A DNA stretch of 64,000 nucleotides, taken from an uncultured Acidimicrobiales bacterium. GTDB taxonomy: Bacteria > Actinomycetota > Acidimicrobiia > Acidimicrobiales > SZUA-35. The stretch is taken from contig CALAJV010000005.1 in assembly GCA_937922805.1 (NCBI GenBank), forward strand, positions 567-64,566, read 5' to 3'. Under the pieces are notes generated by a model, which saw only the letters and a list, made by a program, of their open reading frames with translations, searched no databases and had not been told where the DNA came from. This document shows positions 16,639 to 25,498 of this stretch, piece after piece (the stretch's first letter is position 1; each line of letters begins with the position of its first letter). A program made the position numbers and the translations under genes.

Positions 16639-18690
16639 CTACCGGTGCGGATTGCCCCCAGTTGAGCCTCCGCTACTACTGCCCTCGGATTCGCCGATCA
16701 TCCCACCATCAAGTTGGCCAGCGTCGCTTTGACCGCCGTCGCTACCCCCACTATTGCCACTACCGCCTGACGAAGACGAGCTTGATGACGAACCGCCTGA
16801 ACTGCTGCCGCTGCTAGTCGAGCTTCCGCCGGTCGATGTCCCACTACCAAGGCCAGACGTCGAATCGGCAGCCGCTCTGGCCGCATCAGCTTCCTCGATT
16901 GCTAGCTCTACTTCGAGTTCGGTGTTACCAAGAAACTCAGCTGCCTGCCGGTCAGAGGCCCGACCTTCGGCTACTGCGTTGGCCAGTTGGCTATCGGCCA
17001 ATCCGGCTCGGGCAATGGCCCTGTTAGTGTCGGCCGCAATCTTGTCTACAGCTTCGAGATAGTCATCAATCTCTTTTTGCGTTGGAGTTCTACCGTCGCC
17101 GAAAATGTCGTTGTGTAGGCCCTTCGCCTCTCGCACCCCGTCCATAGCGATTGCCTGTTGGGTCTGATCAACGCTGCTCCCGCTGTTACCGACGGCCTGA
17201 GCGTCAGATAAGCGATTGCCGTAGCCGGCATCATCCAGTGCTGAATTGGTAGTGTCGACAAACTCAGCGATGTCACCCGGCGTAGTAGCAAAGTCAATCA
17301 ATACCTGTGCGATCGAAATGATACCGAACGCTATTTTCAGGCCGGGAGAAAATCCGCCTTTCATCGGATCACTGCGAAACCCGACGGCCGAATGGGCCTT
17401 CAGGAGTTGCGACGTTTTACGTTCGAGCACCGAACCGATGTAGCCCGCCGCATCACCCGGAGCTGGCGCAATCTGGCCCTTCACCACTCTGATGCTTCGA
17501 GATTCGGCTCCACGCCTGTTCGGAACATATACCGATCGGTTCGAAATGTTCTCAACCGAACGACGCATCCGATACGGAATATCACCGGTACCGACCGGGT
17601 TCGCTACTTGCGATACCCGCCAGCCGTTCAACCCGACAAAAGGTGTTTCGCTCCCCTGTCGCCACCGGGTGTGCGGGCGAAGTCGAACCATAGCGTCTTT
17701 CTCTAAAGCGATCGCCTTCTTTTCTTCCGACAGCGAGATCTTCAATCCGGACAGGCCTTCGAGACTTGCCGCCCTGTTGGCCCAGTATTCTGCTTGGTTG
17801 GCTGCCGATATGGCCTTGCGAATATTTTCTTGTCTAGCTGCACCGGTGGTGGTGGCCGCTAGTTGGGCTCGATGCTCCGCTGCTTTACGGGTTCGACTGG
17901 CCTCGGTCTTCGCTTTCGAAATTGTCTGCTGCTGCCGTAGCCCTTTTGCATCTCGGGCCGTAGAAGCAAACGCCTGATCCTTCCAGAACCGCTCGCTCAC
18001 CCCGTTGCGACCTGGGTTCTTGACAAAGTATGTGCCTTGTCCCAGGCCAGAGCAATCCCGTGCTGGGCACAACAATTCCCAAATAAAGCCTTGCCCTCGG
18101 AAGGTTTTCATGGCTCTCGTTACCGTGGCACCGCCACCAAACATGTTGTGCCGATTGAGGACTCGGCGGACCGCATCTTCAGCTGAACCCTGGCCGAGCG
18201 ACTTGTCCCGGATCTGGTTAAGCACAAGACGGTAGCGATTCTCCGAAACGCCCGGGCGCATTGTCTTTAAGGCGACAAGGGCTGGCCGTCCAAGCACGTT
18301 GTCGAAAGCCATTTGACTCTCGAACCGAGGGTGGAGACCTTTCGTAGCCAGCTCCCTCCTCGCCCGATTGGCGACAACTTGCTGCTTTGTATCACTGGCC
18401 ACTTCTCCACCGTTGAATAACGCGTCGGTAGTCTCAATGTCGTGGGCAACAGCTAACAAAACGGTGACCATCTCGACGTTGGTCGCTATCACCTGATCGT
18501 CGACATTCAGGTTCAGGTTCGCGCTGGCTGTCGGCGACGGTACTGTTGGCGCTGCCGGCATTGCGGTCGCCGCCGGAGGCGCTATCGACAACGTACTGCC
18601 GATCAGTCCGAGCGCAAGCAGAGCAGATCGCGCCCGCATACGCCCCGGTCTCGACGATCTCAACCAATCTCGTTCTCCAATTTTCGTCAT
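16639..18690 (-). CDS. Large secreted protein of unknown function with a poly-Ser/Gly C-terminal tail
   Basis: This is a 683-aa ORF with a signal peptide (RMRARSALLALGLIGSTLSIAPPAATA). I recognise no family motif. The C-terminal roughly 80 aa are almost entirely G/S. Confidence 0.5.
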   Translation of the reverse strand: MTKIGERDWLRSSRPGRMRARSALLALGLIGSTLSIAPPAATAMPAAPTVPSPTASANLNLNVDDQVIATNVEMVTVLLAVAHDIETTDALFNGGEVASDTKQQVVANRARRELATKGLHPRFESQMAFDNVLGRPALVALKTMRPGVSENRYRLVLNQIRDKSLGQGSAEDAVRRVLNRHNMFGGGATVTRAMKTFRGQGFIWELLCPARDCSGLGQGTYFVKNPGRNGVSERFWKDQAFASTARDAKGLRQQQTISKAKTEASRTRKAAEHRAQLAATTTGAARQENIRKAISAANQAEYWANRAASLEGLSGLKISLSEEKKAIALEKDAMVRLRPHTRWRQGSETPFVGLNGWRVSQVANPVGTGDIPYRMRRSVENISNRSVYVPNRRGAESRSIRVVKGQIAPAPGDAAGYIGSVLERKTSQLLKAHSAVGFRSDPMKGGFSPGLKIAFGIISIAQVLIDFATTPGDIAEFVDTTNSALDDAGYGNRLSDAQAVGNSGSSVDQTQQAIAMDGVREAKGLHNDIFGDGRTPTQKEIDDYLEAVDKIAADTNRAIARAGLADSQLANAVAEGRASDRQAAEFLGNTELEVELAIEEADAARAAADSTSGLGSGTSTGGSSTSSGSSSGGSSSSSSSSGGSGNSGGSDGGQSDAGQLDGGMIGESEGSSSGGSTGGNPHR

Positions 18691-18921
18691 GTCTTACCCT
18701 TCGCATTGAATGATTTGTACTCTGTCAACCCTGGCCGCGGGCGAGCTAAGCCGGAAGCTAACTTGCAGCTACCTGCAAGAACACCAGCCAGACCGAAAAA
18801 GGCTCCGTTGCCTGGCTGTCTCGTGGCTATGGCAAAACGGTCGGACCCAAGATTTCTGAACAGCTAGCTGATCTCAACAGAATTGTCCGAGGCCTAACCA
18901 GTTCTGATCTAATAGGACACC

Positions 18922-20244
18922 ATGACTGGTTTCGGAGAACACGACGAAGGCAACGCTGACCGTACCTGGGGCTTCAAGACTCGATCCCTTCACGCCGGCG
19001 GCCAACCAGACCCAACCACGGGGGCTAGGGCGGTACCGATCTATCAATCAACTAGCTTCGTTTTCGAAGACACTGAAGACGCGGCCGATCTCTTCGCGCT
19101 ACAGAAATTCGGCACGATCTACACTCGAATCTCGAATCCAACAACAGCTGCGTTCGAAGAAAGAATGGCAAGCCTTGAGGGAGGAATTGGTTCGGTCGCC
19201 ACCGCGTCGGGTCAAGCTGCCGCTTTCCTGGCCACAACCACTCTGTGCGGCGTTGGCGACCATATGGTGTCGGCCGCTAGCATCTACGGCGGTAGCTACG
19301 CCCTTTTTAGTACCACCATGCGGCGCATGGGTATCGAAACCGACTTCGTTCCAAACGACCAACCCGCTGCCTTCGAAGCGGCAATTCGCCCCGAAACCAA
19401 ACTGCTCTATACCGAGATAATTGGCAATCCGTCCGGAGCGGTAGCCGACGTTGAGGCCCTAGCCGATGTGGCCCACAACGCTGGGATCCCGCTTGTTATT
19501 GACGCCACCTTTGCTACACCATACTTGTGCCGACCGATCGAGTTCGGTGCCGACATCGTTTTACACTCGGCTACCAAGTTCATCGGCGGACACGGAACCA
19601 GCATCGGTGGGATAGTTACCGAAGCTGGGAACTTCGACTGGTCAGCATCGGGCCGTTTCGAACGAATGACTGAACCAGTCGACACCTACAACGGAGTTCG
19701 ATGGCACGACAACTTTGGCGAATACGCGTTCTGTACCGCTCTGAGATCAGAACAACTCAGAGATGTGGGGGCCAGCCTGTCCCCGTTCAATGCGTTCCTC
19801 CTATTACAAGGGGTCGAAACCCTGACCCAACGGATGAACGATCATGTGAGCAACGCCAAGGCCGTAGCCTCATGGCTAGATCAAGACCCTCGGGTGTCGT
19901 GGGTTGCCCACGCCGACCTTCCATCCTCTCCTTACCACGATCTGGCCGCCAAGTATTTGCCGCTCGGAGCTGGCGCCATCTTCACCTTCGGCGTGAACGG
20001 AGGGCGCGAAACCGGTCAGAAATTTATTGAAAACCTTCAAATGATCAGCCACCTGGCGAATGTCGGCGACGCCAGAACTCTGGTCATTCACCCGGCTTCC
20101 ACCACCCACCAGCAGATGACCGACGCCGAACTAGATCGGGCGGGGGTGGGTCCAGACATGATTCGGCTCTCCGTCGGCCTCGAAGATGTCGACGACATTT
20201 TGTGGGATATCGACCAGGCACTGACACTAGCGTCAGCCAAGTAA
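18922..20244 (+). CDS. metY: O-acetylhomoserine/O-acetylserine sulfhydrylase (PLP-dependent)
   Basis: The 440-aa ORF has the typical MetY N-terminus (TRSLHAGGQPDPTTGARAVPIYQSTSFVF) and the PLP-lysine motif HSATKFIGGHG. The C-terminus reads IRLSVGLEDVDDILWDIDQAL. Confidence 0.9.
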   Translation: MTGFGEHDEGNADRTWGFKTRSLHAGGQPDPTTGARAVPIYQSTSFVFEDTEDAADLFALQKFGTIYTRISNPTTAAFEERMASLEGGIGSVATASGQAAAFLATTTLCGVGDHMVSAASIYGGSYALFSTTMRRMGIETDFVPNDQPAAFEAAIRPETKLLYTEIIGNPSGAVADVEALADVAHNAGIPLVIDATFATPYLCRPIEFGADIVLHSATKFIGGHGTSIGGIVTEAGNFDWSASGRFERMTEPVDTYNGVRWHDNFGEYAFCTALRSEQLRDVGASLSPFNAFLLLQGVETLTQRMNDHVSNAKAVASWLDQDPRVSWVAHADLPSSPYHDLAAKYLPLGAGAIFTFGVNGGRETGQKFIENLQMISHLANVGDARTLVIHPASTTHQQMTDAELDRAGVGPDMIRLSVGLEDVDDILWDIDQALTLASAK

Positions 20245-20324
20245 CCGCTCTTCCAAGCTCAACCTGACCCGACGGCCCAGGCTCACACTTCACCCCACCG
20301 CTCCGAGCCGACTACGATGCGACC

Positions 20325-20795
20325 ATGTGGACTCCTCCCTCCGCTCAACAACGCAAGCGAATTCTCGACGAGACCCGCTCGATAGCCTTGGTCGGCGCAT
20401 CGGCCAATCCAGCCCGAGCCAGCAACTTCGTTCTCACATATTTGAAGTCTTCGGTTTGCGACTACGAGCTTTACCCAATCAACCCTGGCGAAGAAACCAT
20501 CCTTGGTCTGAAGGTCTACCCCTCAATTGCTTCGCTTCCCATAGTCCCAGACATGGTTGACGTATTTCGCAAGGCCGAAGACTGCCCAGGTGTCGCCCAA
20601 GAAGCGGTTGACGCTGGAGCATCTTCGCTGTGGCTTCAACTCGGCGTTTGGAGCGACGAGGCAGCTCAAATCGCCTCCGAAGCGGGGCTTGATGTCGTGA
20701 TGGATCGCTGCACCAAAATCGAACATGCCCGATTCGCTGGCGGACTCCACCTAGCCGGATTTGATACCGGCGTAATCAACAGCAAGCGAATCTGA
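20325..20795 (+). CDS. CoA-binding domain protein (YccU/YneT-like)
   Basis: The ORF contains IALVGASANPARASNFV...YPINP...YPSIASLP..VDMVDVFR, a typical CoA_binding_2 pattern. This family is commonly found next to metY. The gene ends in TGA (20793-20795). Confidence 0.75.
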   Translation: MWTPPSAQQRKRILDETRSIALVGASANPARASNFVLTYLKSSVCDYELYPINPGEETILGLKVYPSIASLPIVPDMVDVFRKAEDCPGVAQEAVDAGASSLWLQLGVWSDEAAQIASEAGLDVVMDRCTKIEHARFAGGLHLAGFDTGVINSKRI

Positions 20796-20858
20796 TCCAC
20801 CGACCGTTAGTCGGCCACAGCCGCAATTGAGTAGTCGGCCGCCATTCACTACGTTTGG

Positions 20859-22313
20859 ATGATGGACATCACCCTACGAAGTGCCGCAGACCAAGCTGGC
20901 GCCGTCGCCGACAAATCGATTTCAGCTGTCGAACTGCTCGACGCAACAATCGAGCGCTACCAGCGCTACAACCGTTCGATCAACGCCGTCGTGGTTACTC
21001 AACTGGCCGATGCCCGGGATCGGGCCCTTCAAGCCGATAATGCCACCGCCGCCGGCGAGTCGTGGGGTCCGCTTCACGGGGTGCCGATGACAATCAAAGA
21101 AGCATGGGACTGGGTCGGTACCGCATCGACGTCCGGCCGAGAAGAACTGATTCACCACCGCCCAGAGCAAAACTGTGAGGCGGTCGACCGGCTAATCGAA
21201 GCGGGGGCCGTTATCTACGGCAAAACGAACCTGCCGGTAGGCATGGCTGACTGGCAGACGTTCAACCCGATTTTCGGAACCACCAACAACCCGTGGAACC
21301 TTGACTTCATTCCGGGCGGCTCATCCGGCGGAGCTGCCGCCGCGTTGGCAGTCGGCATGACGGCGCTCGAAGTCGGCAGCGATATCGGTGCGTCGATTCG
21401 CAACCCGGCCCACTATTGCGGCGTGTTCGGGCACAAACCAACCTATGGGTTGGTCCCGACCGCAGGTCATGGCGATCCGGGCAACCCAGTCCCAATCGAC
21501 ATTGGCGTCGGCGGACCAATGGCTCGCTACGCGTCCGATCTGACCCTGGGTCTCGACGTGCTCGCTGGGGCCAGCGGCCTCGACCAAATTGGATGGAAGC
21601 TGGAACTACCAGCAGCGCGCAAAACTCGGCCCGATCAAATCAGAGCGGCTGTGATGCTTGAAAGCCCGTGCGTGGCCCAAGATAATGAGTTGACCGAACA
21701 GCTTGCCGCCACCGTCGAAGCGTTACGGGAGCTAGGGGTCGACGTCGACTACGACGCCCGACCAGAGCTTGACCTTGAGCGATCCCACGAAACGTATTCG
21801 ATGCTACTACGAGGAGCGACCGGCACTGAGTATGCGCCCGAGCGATATCAACAACAACAGCCTCATGCCGATCGCTACCGAGACGGCGACCGTGACGTTC
21901 GGGCGCTGTCGGCCTATGGAGTGAGCCTTAGCCATTGGGAGTGGGCCGCCCGCCACCGAGAACGAGAAGAGGCCCGGTTTGCTTGGGAGGACTTTTTCCG
22001 TACCTACGATGTGTTTCTGTGCCCAACCGCAGCGTCAGCTGCCTATCCCCACGACCAAAAAGGGGAGCGGTTCGACCGAACAATCACCATTAACGGAGAA
22101 CAAGAACCAACTACTGACCAACTGTTTTGGGCTGGTATATCGTGCGGTGTGTACTTGCCGGGCACGGTAGCACCAGCCGGATTCACTGCTTCGGGACTGC
22201 CCTGTGGGTTACAGATCGTCACCGGCTACCTGCGAGACCGAGATGCTATTGCCTTTGCCGAGATAATGGAACGTGAGCTCGGCGGCTACCAAACTCCTCC
22301 TGGCTACGAATAG
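20859..22313 (+). CDS. Amidase (amidase-signature family)
   Basis: The amidase signature GGSSGGAAAALAVGMTALEVGSDIGASIRNPAHYCGVFGHKPTYG is present. Confidence 0.85.
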   Translation: MMDITLRSAADQAGAVADKSISAVELLDATIERYQRYNRSINAVVVTQLADARDRALQADNATAAGESWGPLHGVPMTIKEAWDWVGTASTSGREELIHHRPEQNCEAVDRLIEAGAVIYGKTNLPVGMADWQTFNPIFGTTNNPWNLDFIPGGSSGGAAAALAVGMTALEVGSDIGASIRNPAHYCGVFGHKPTYGLVPTAGHGDPGNPVPIDIGVGGPMARYASDLTLGLDVLAGASGLDQIGWKLELPAARKTRPDQIRAAVMLESPCVAQDNELTEQLAATVEALRELGVDVDYDARPELDLERSHETYSMLLRGATGTEYAPERYQQQQPHADRYRDGDRDVRALSAYGVSLSHWEWAARHREREEARFAWEDFFRTYDVFLCPTAASAAYPHDQKGERFDRTITINGEQEPTTDQLFWAGISCGVYLPGTVAPAGFTASGLPCGLQIVTGYLRDRDAIAFAEIMERELGGYQTPPGYE

Positions 22314-22361
22314 CAGCACCGCTGCTAGCCAAACAATTGAAACACCGGCACAATAGAAACC

Positions 22362-23597
22362 ATGGTTCGGCGGAGAACAAAACAGGCAGCACGTTCGCAC
22401 GTCTCTGTTCAAGCGTTGTTCTTGGTAGCAATTGTCGGAGTGCTAGCCGCCGCTGGTTGCAGTAACTCCGAGACTCTGGGCAACGATGTAACGGCTGATC
22501 AAGCATCTTCTTCGGCAACCCAACCGACCGAAGATACTCAGCAAGTCCAGCCTCAGGTTGGTGACGATCGATTAGTCGTTACCGCCGGCGCTGAGACATC
22601 AACCCAAGCCGACGATGTCGAGACAACGGCGCAAGATGGCGGCGACGTAATTACTGATTCGTCGACAGCTAACACGACAGCGACAACCGATTCGCCATCG
22701 TCAACCGTCACGTCGCCTACGTCTTCGTCTACGCCGACGAGTTCGTCCGCCGCCGATGGCTCGACGGCGCCAAGCCCAAGCTCACCGAAGTCGACAACTC
22801 AACTAGCAACTACGTCAACGGCTACCAGGTCGAGCATTACCAAACCGGCGACAACGACTAAACCGCGAACGGGTGCGTTCTTGTCTGTTGACTTCCAGCA
22901 GTCTCCGATTGGAACCTACACCGATGCCCGAATCCGAGCCGACTGGGACAACATCCGATACACGAAAGCATCGAGCCGAGCCGAAATTACCCAAGACGGT
23001 CAAAATCGTTTTGTCCGAGTCAAGTACCCGAAGGGCCAGGTTGGCAACGACGGCGGCGGTGCTACTTGGGAGATCAAACTTGAATCAAACTCGAGCGACG
23101 AGCTTTACGCCTCCTACCGGCTCCGGTTCGTGGGCGACTTCGACCCGGTCCTCGGTGGGAAACTACCGGGGTTAGCTGGCGGTGCTCGAAATACCGGCGG
23201 CAACAAACCAAACGGAAGCGACGGATGGAGCGCTCGAATAATGTGGCGCCCCGACAACGCCGCCGTCCAATACCTCTATCACCCCGACCAGCCCTCTAAA
23301 TGGGGCGAAGATCTTCAATGGGGACGCCGCTTCCCCAAGAATCAGTGGATAACAGTGGAAACTCGGATCAAGATGAACACGCCCGGAGACAAAGATGGCG
23401 TTGTTCAGTCGTGGCTGAACGGGCAGCGAATTCTGAACCGAACCAACATTAGATTCCGCGATGTCGACTCGTTCAGCATTGATAGCTTCATGTTCAGCAC
23501 GTTCTTTGGTGGCAGTGGATCCGAGTGGGCCCCTACCAAAGACGAATACATCGACTTCGACGACTTCGTAATTTCGAACTCGCCGATAACTCACTAG
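22362..23597 (+). CDS. Lipoprotein with Ser/Thr-rich linker and C-terminal polysaccharide-lyase-like (PF14099-type) domain
   Basis: The lipobox is LAAAGC-SNS, followed by a long S/T/P linker. The C-terminal domain contains GGKLPGLAGG...GWSARIMWRPDNAAVQYLYH...W.R....V..NTPG..DG....W.NG. I recall this pattern from the polysaccharide lyase family and have not searched it. Confidence 0.45.
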   Translation: MVRRRTKQAARSHVSVQALFLVAIVGVLAAAGCSNSETLGNDVTADQASSSATQPTEDTQQVQPQVGDDRLVVTAGAETSTQADDVETTAQDGGDVITDSSTANTTATTDSPSSTVTSPTSSSTPTSSSAADGSTAPSPSSPKSTTQLATTSTATRSSITKPATTTKPRTGAFLSVDFQQSPIGTYTDARIRADWDNIRYTKASSRAEITQDGQNRFVRVKYPKGQVGNDGGGATWEIKLESNSSDELYASYRLRFVGDFDPVLGGKLPGLAGGARNTGGNKPNGSDGWSARIMWRPDNAAVQYLYHPDQPSKWGEDLQWGRRFPKNQWITVETRIKMNTPGDKDGVVQSWLNGQRILNRTNIRFRDVDSFSIDSFMFSTFFGGSGSEWAPTKDEYIDFDDFVISNSPITH

Positions 23598-23667
23598 GGG
23601 TAGCGCGCTGATCGCAGCTCTTCGTTGCTAACGGGCCGACCAACAAAGGCCACCTCGCTGACGAGGG

Positions 23668-24795
23668 TTAGGAGTTCTGGCCGCTGAGCTCGTGGCTTCC
23701 TGACGTCTTCGGGGGAGCTGCTTTTCTACGAGACGATAGCCACTGAAGCGATGGCCGCTCCACTAACCACCAGAACACCATTGATGCCACCACTGATCCA
23801 ACAACAGCGGTAGAAGTACCGATCCAGTAGCCAGCCGCGCCGGTACCGAACAGCTGCGTTGCAACTAGTAGGCAGGCTCCAACGATTGGGACGTGGATCA
23901 GATAGAGCGAGTAGGAAATTTTGCCGAGAAATTCAAAGACTGGGCGAGATAGCCAGGTGTTAACTCCACCGGTTTTTAACGCCACTAGAAGAAGCAGTCC
24001 GGAAACGAAGGCCGCTCGAGCGAAGGCGGCGTCTTTGGCAACGAACCCAAGAACCCCCGCACCGGCAAGAAATATGGTGAGGACGGAGAAATGAATTTGC
24101 TTGCGCCAATACCAATTGATGAGCACGCCGATCACAAAAGAGTAGAGAAACGGACCGACCGTGGTCGCACGGTTCGGATCGGAATGGAAAAAGGCGAAGG
24201 CTAGCGAGCTACCAGCAAGCAGCCAGGCGGCGATATCGAAAAGCTTAACGTTGACGTGACGGGACAAGCCGGTAATCAACAACACGATAAGTCCGATGAC
24301 GATGTAGAACTGAAGCTCCAACGCCAGCGTCCAGAAAACATCGTTGATGTTCACGAAGCCAGCGAGCTCCTGAGTGTAGAAGAAGTGATGAATAAATCGA
24401 GGTGCCGTTAATTCCTCGCCACCTGGCGCGAACTCTTCTCCGTTCACGTAAACCGCAAGCATATGGAAACCAATGGCAAAGATGATGGCCGCCCAATACG
24501 GCGGGGTAAGACGAACCAAACGCCGAACCATGAAGTCGCCAAAGTTCCCACCGGTCTCGAGACCACGCCGCAATGAATGAGAAATTACGAAACCGCTCAA
24601 AACGAAGAATACGGCCACGCCCAAAAGGCCGTTGAGAAACAGGGTGTTCCAGACGAAACCAGCGATCCCTCCCTCCACCTCAGGCAGTCGATCTGAATCG
24701 GCGACATGGAAGAACACGACGCTTAGCGCTGCCAGTCCTCGAACACCATCTAAGAAGGGATAGTGACTATTGGTGTTTTGACGGACCTCGGACAT
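23668..24795 (-). CDS. Acyltransferase family 3 membrane protein
   Basis: The protein reads MSEVRQNTNSHYPFLDGVRGLAALSVVFFH...FFVLSGFVISH...WTLALELQFYIV and has multiple TM helices. ATG at 24795 lies 6 nt downstream of a TATATT hexamer, which is leaderless geometry. The ORF track extends to 24954. Confidence 0.75.
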   Translation of the reverse strand: MSEVRQNTNSHYPFLDGVRGLAALSVVFFHVADSDRLPEVEGGIAGFVWNTLFLNGLLGVAVFFVLSGFVISHSLRRGLETGGNFGDFMVRRLVRLTPPYWAAIIFAIGFHMLAVYVNGEEFAPGGEELTAPRFIHHFFYTQELAGFVNINDVFWTLALELQFYIVIGLIVLLITGLSRHVNVKLFDIAAWLLAGSSLAFAFFHSDPNRATTVGPFLYSFVIGVLINWYWRKQIHFSVLTIFLAGAGVLGFVAKDAAFARAAFVSGLLLLVALKTGGVNTWLSRPVFEFLGKISYSLYLIHVPIVGACLLVATQLFGTGAAGYWIGTSTAVVGSVVASMVFWWLVERPSLQWLSSRRKAAPPKTSGSHELSGQNS

Positions 24796-24970
24796 GCCTA
24801 AAATATATATGTTTGTCGGTGCTTGTTGAAGAGCTAAGCCATAACTAGAACAAAACGACTCACAAAAAGCGACCTGCGACAGCATCTCGTCGAGGTTTGC
24901 CCCAAAAGTTGGGCAAAACCACTCAAGGCGAAACCGTTTTGGCGCCCGTTCCAAAGCTAGATCGGTATCG

Positions 24971-25429
24971 CTACCAGTAGCGAAGCGCTCCTTCGAAAAG
25001 GCTAGTCAACGTCTCGCGGTCGACATCGACTGGTGCATTGTCCAATAGGCGACGCTGAGGTAGCGCTCCTTCAACCAAGCTAGCGATGTCGCCCGAGTCG
25101 TACCCAACGCCTTTCAAGCCATTCGGCATGTTCGTGGCTCTCATCAAAACAATGAGCTGATCAGCTAACACGTCTCCAGCATCAGCCGTCGAGGCGCCAG
25201 CGATATCAGCGCCAAGCCACGAGGCTCCGTCTAGGTGACGTTGGCTGCTGCCCGCTGCGGTATGTCGGAAAACCGATGGCGAATTTACGATTACCGACAT
25301 CCCATGCGGAACCATTGGGGCCCCTGTCGGATACCCAGATGGTTTGAAGTTTTTGACGAGACCCGACGCCGGCTTCACGCAGACAGCCGGCACCGAACGT
25401 GGTGTCACCGTCGTCGGTCGCAAGTTCAT
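24971..25429 (-). pseudogene. 3' fragment of an iron-containing alcohol dehydrogenase / hydroxyacid-oxoacid transhydrogenase-like gene
   Basis: The 152-aa ORF matches only the C-terminal third of Fe-ADH proteins (PHGMSVIVNSPSVFRHTA...LMRATNMPNGLKGVGY...LVEGALPQRRLLDNAP). The N-terminal dehydrogenase part is missing, and the next gene starts 70 nt away. Confidence 0.55.
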
Positions 25430-25498
25430 AGTGTTGACACCACATAGGAGTAACCTACGGCAGGAGAAGCAACGCTGGCAACAGGCCAGTTCACAACA

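Noticed and set aside
18700-18921. A possible SAM riboswitch in the 230-nt leader of metY. It contains a perfect 7-bp hairpin (CTTGCAG-CTAC-CTGCAAG) and a CAGCCAG...CTGGCTG pairing.
   Set aside because: I could not match the conserved cores of SAM-I, SAM-IV or SAM-II/V by eye. Hairpins alone are not evidence. A covariance-model scan (Infernal/Rfam) would decide.
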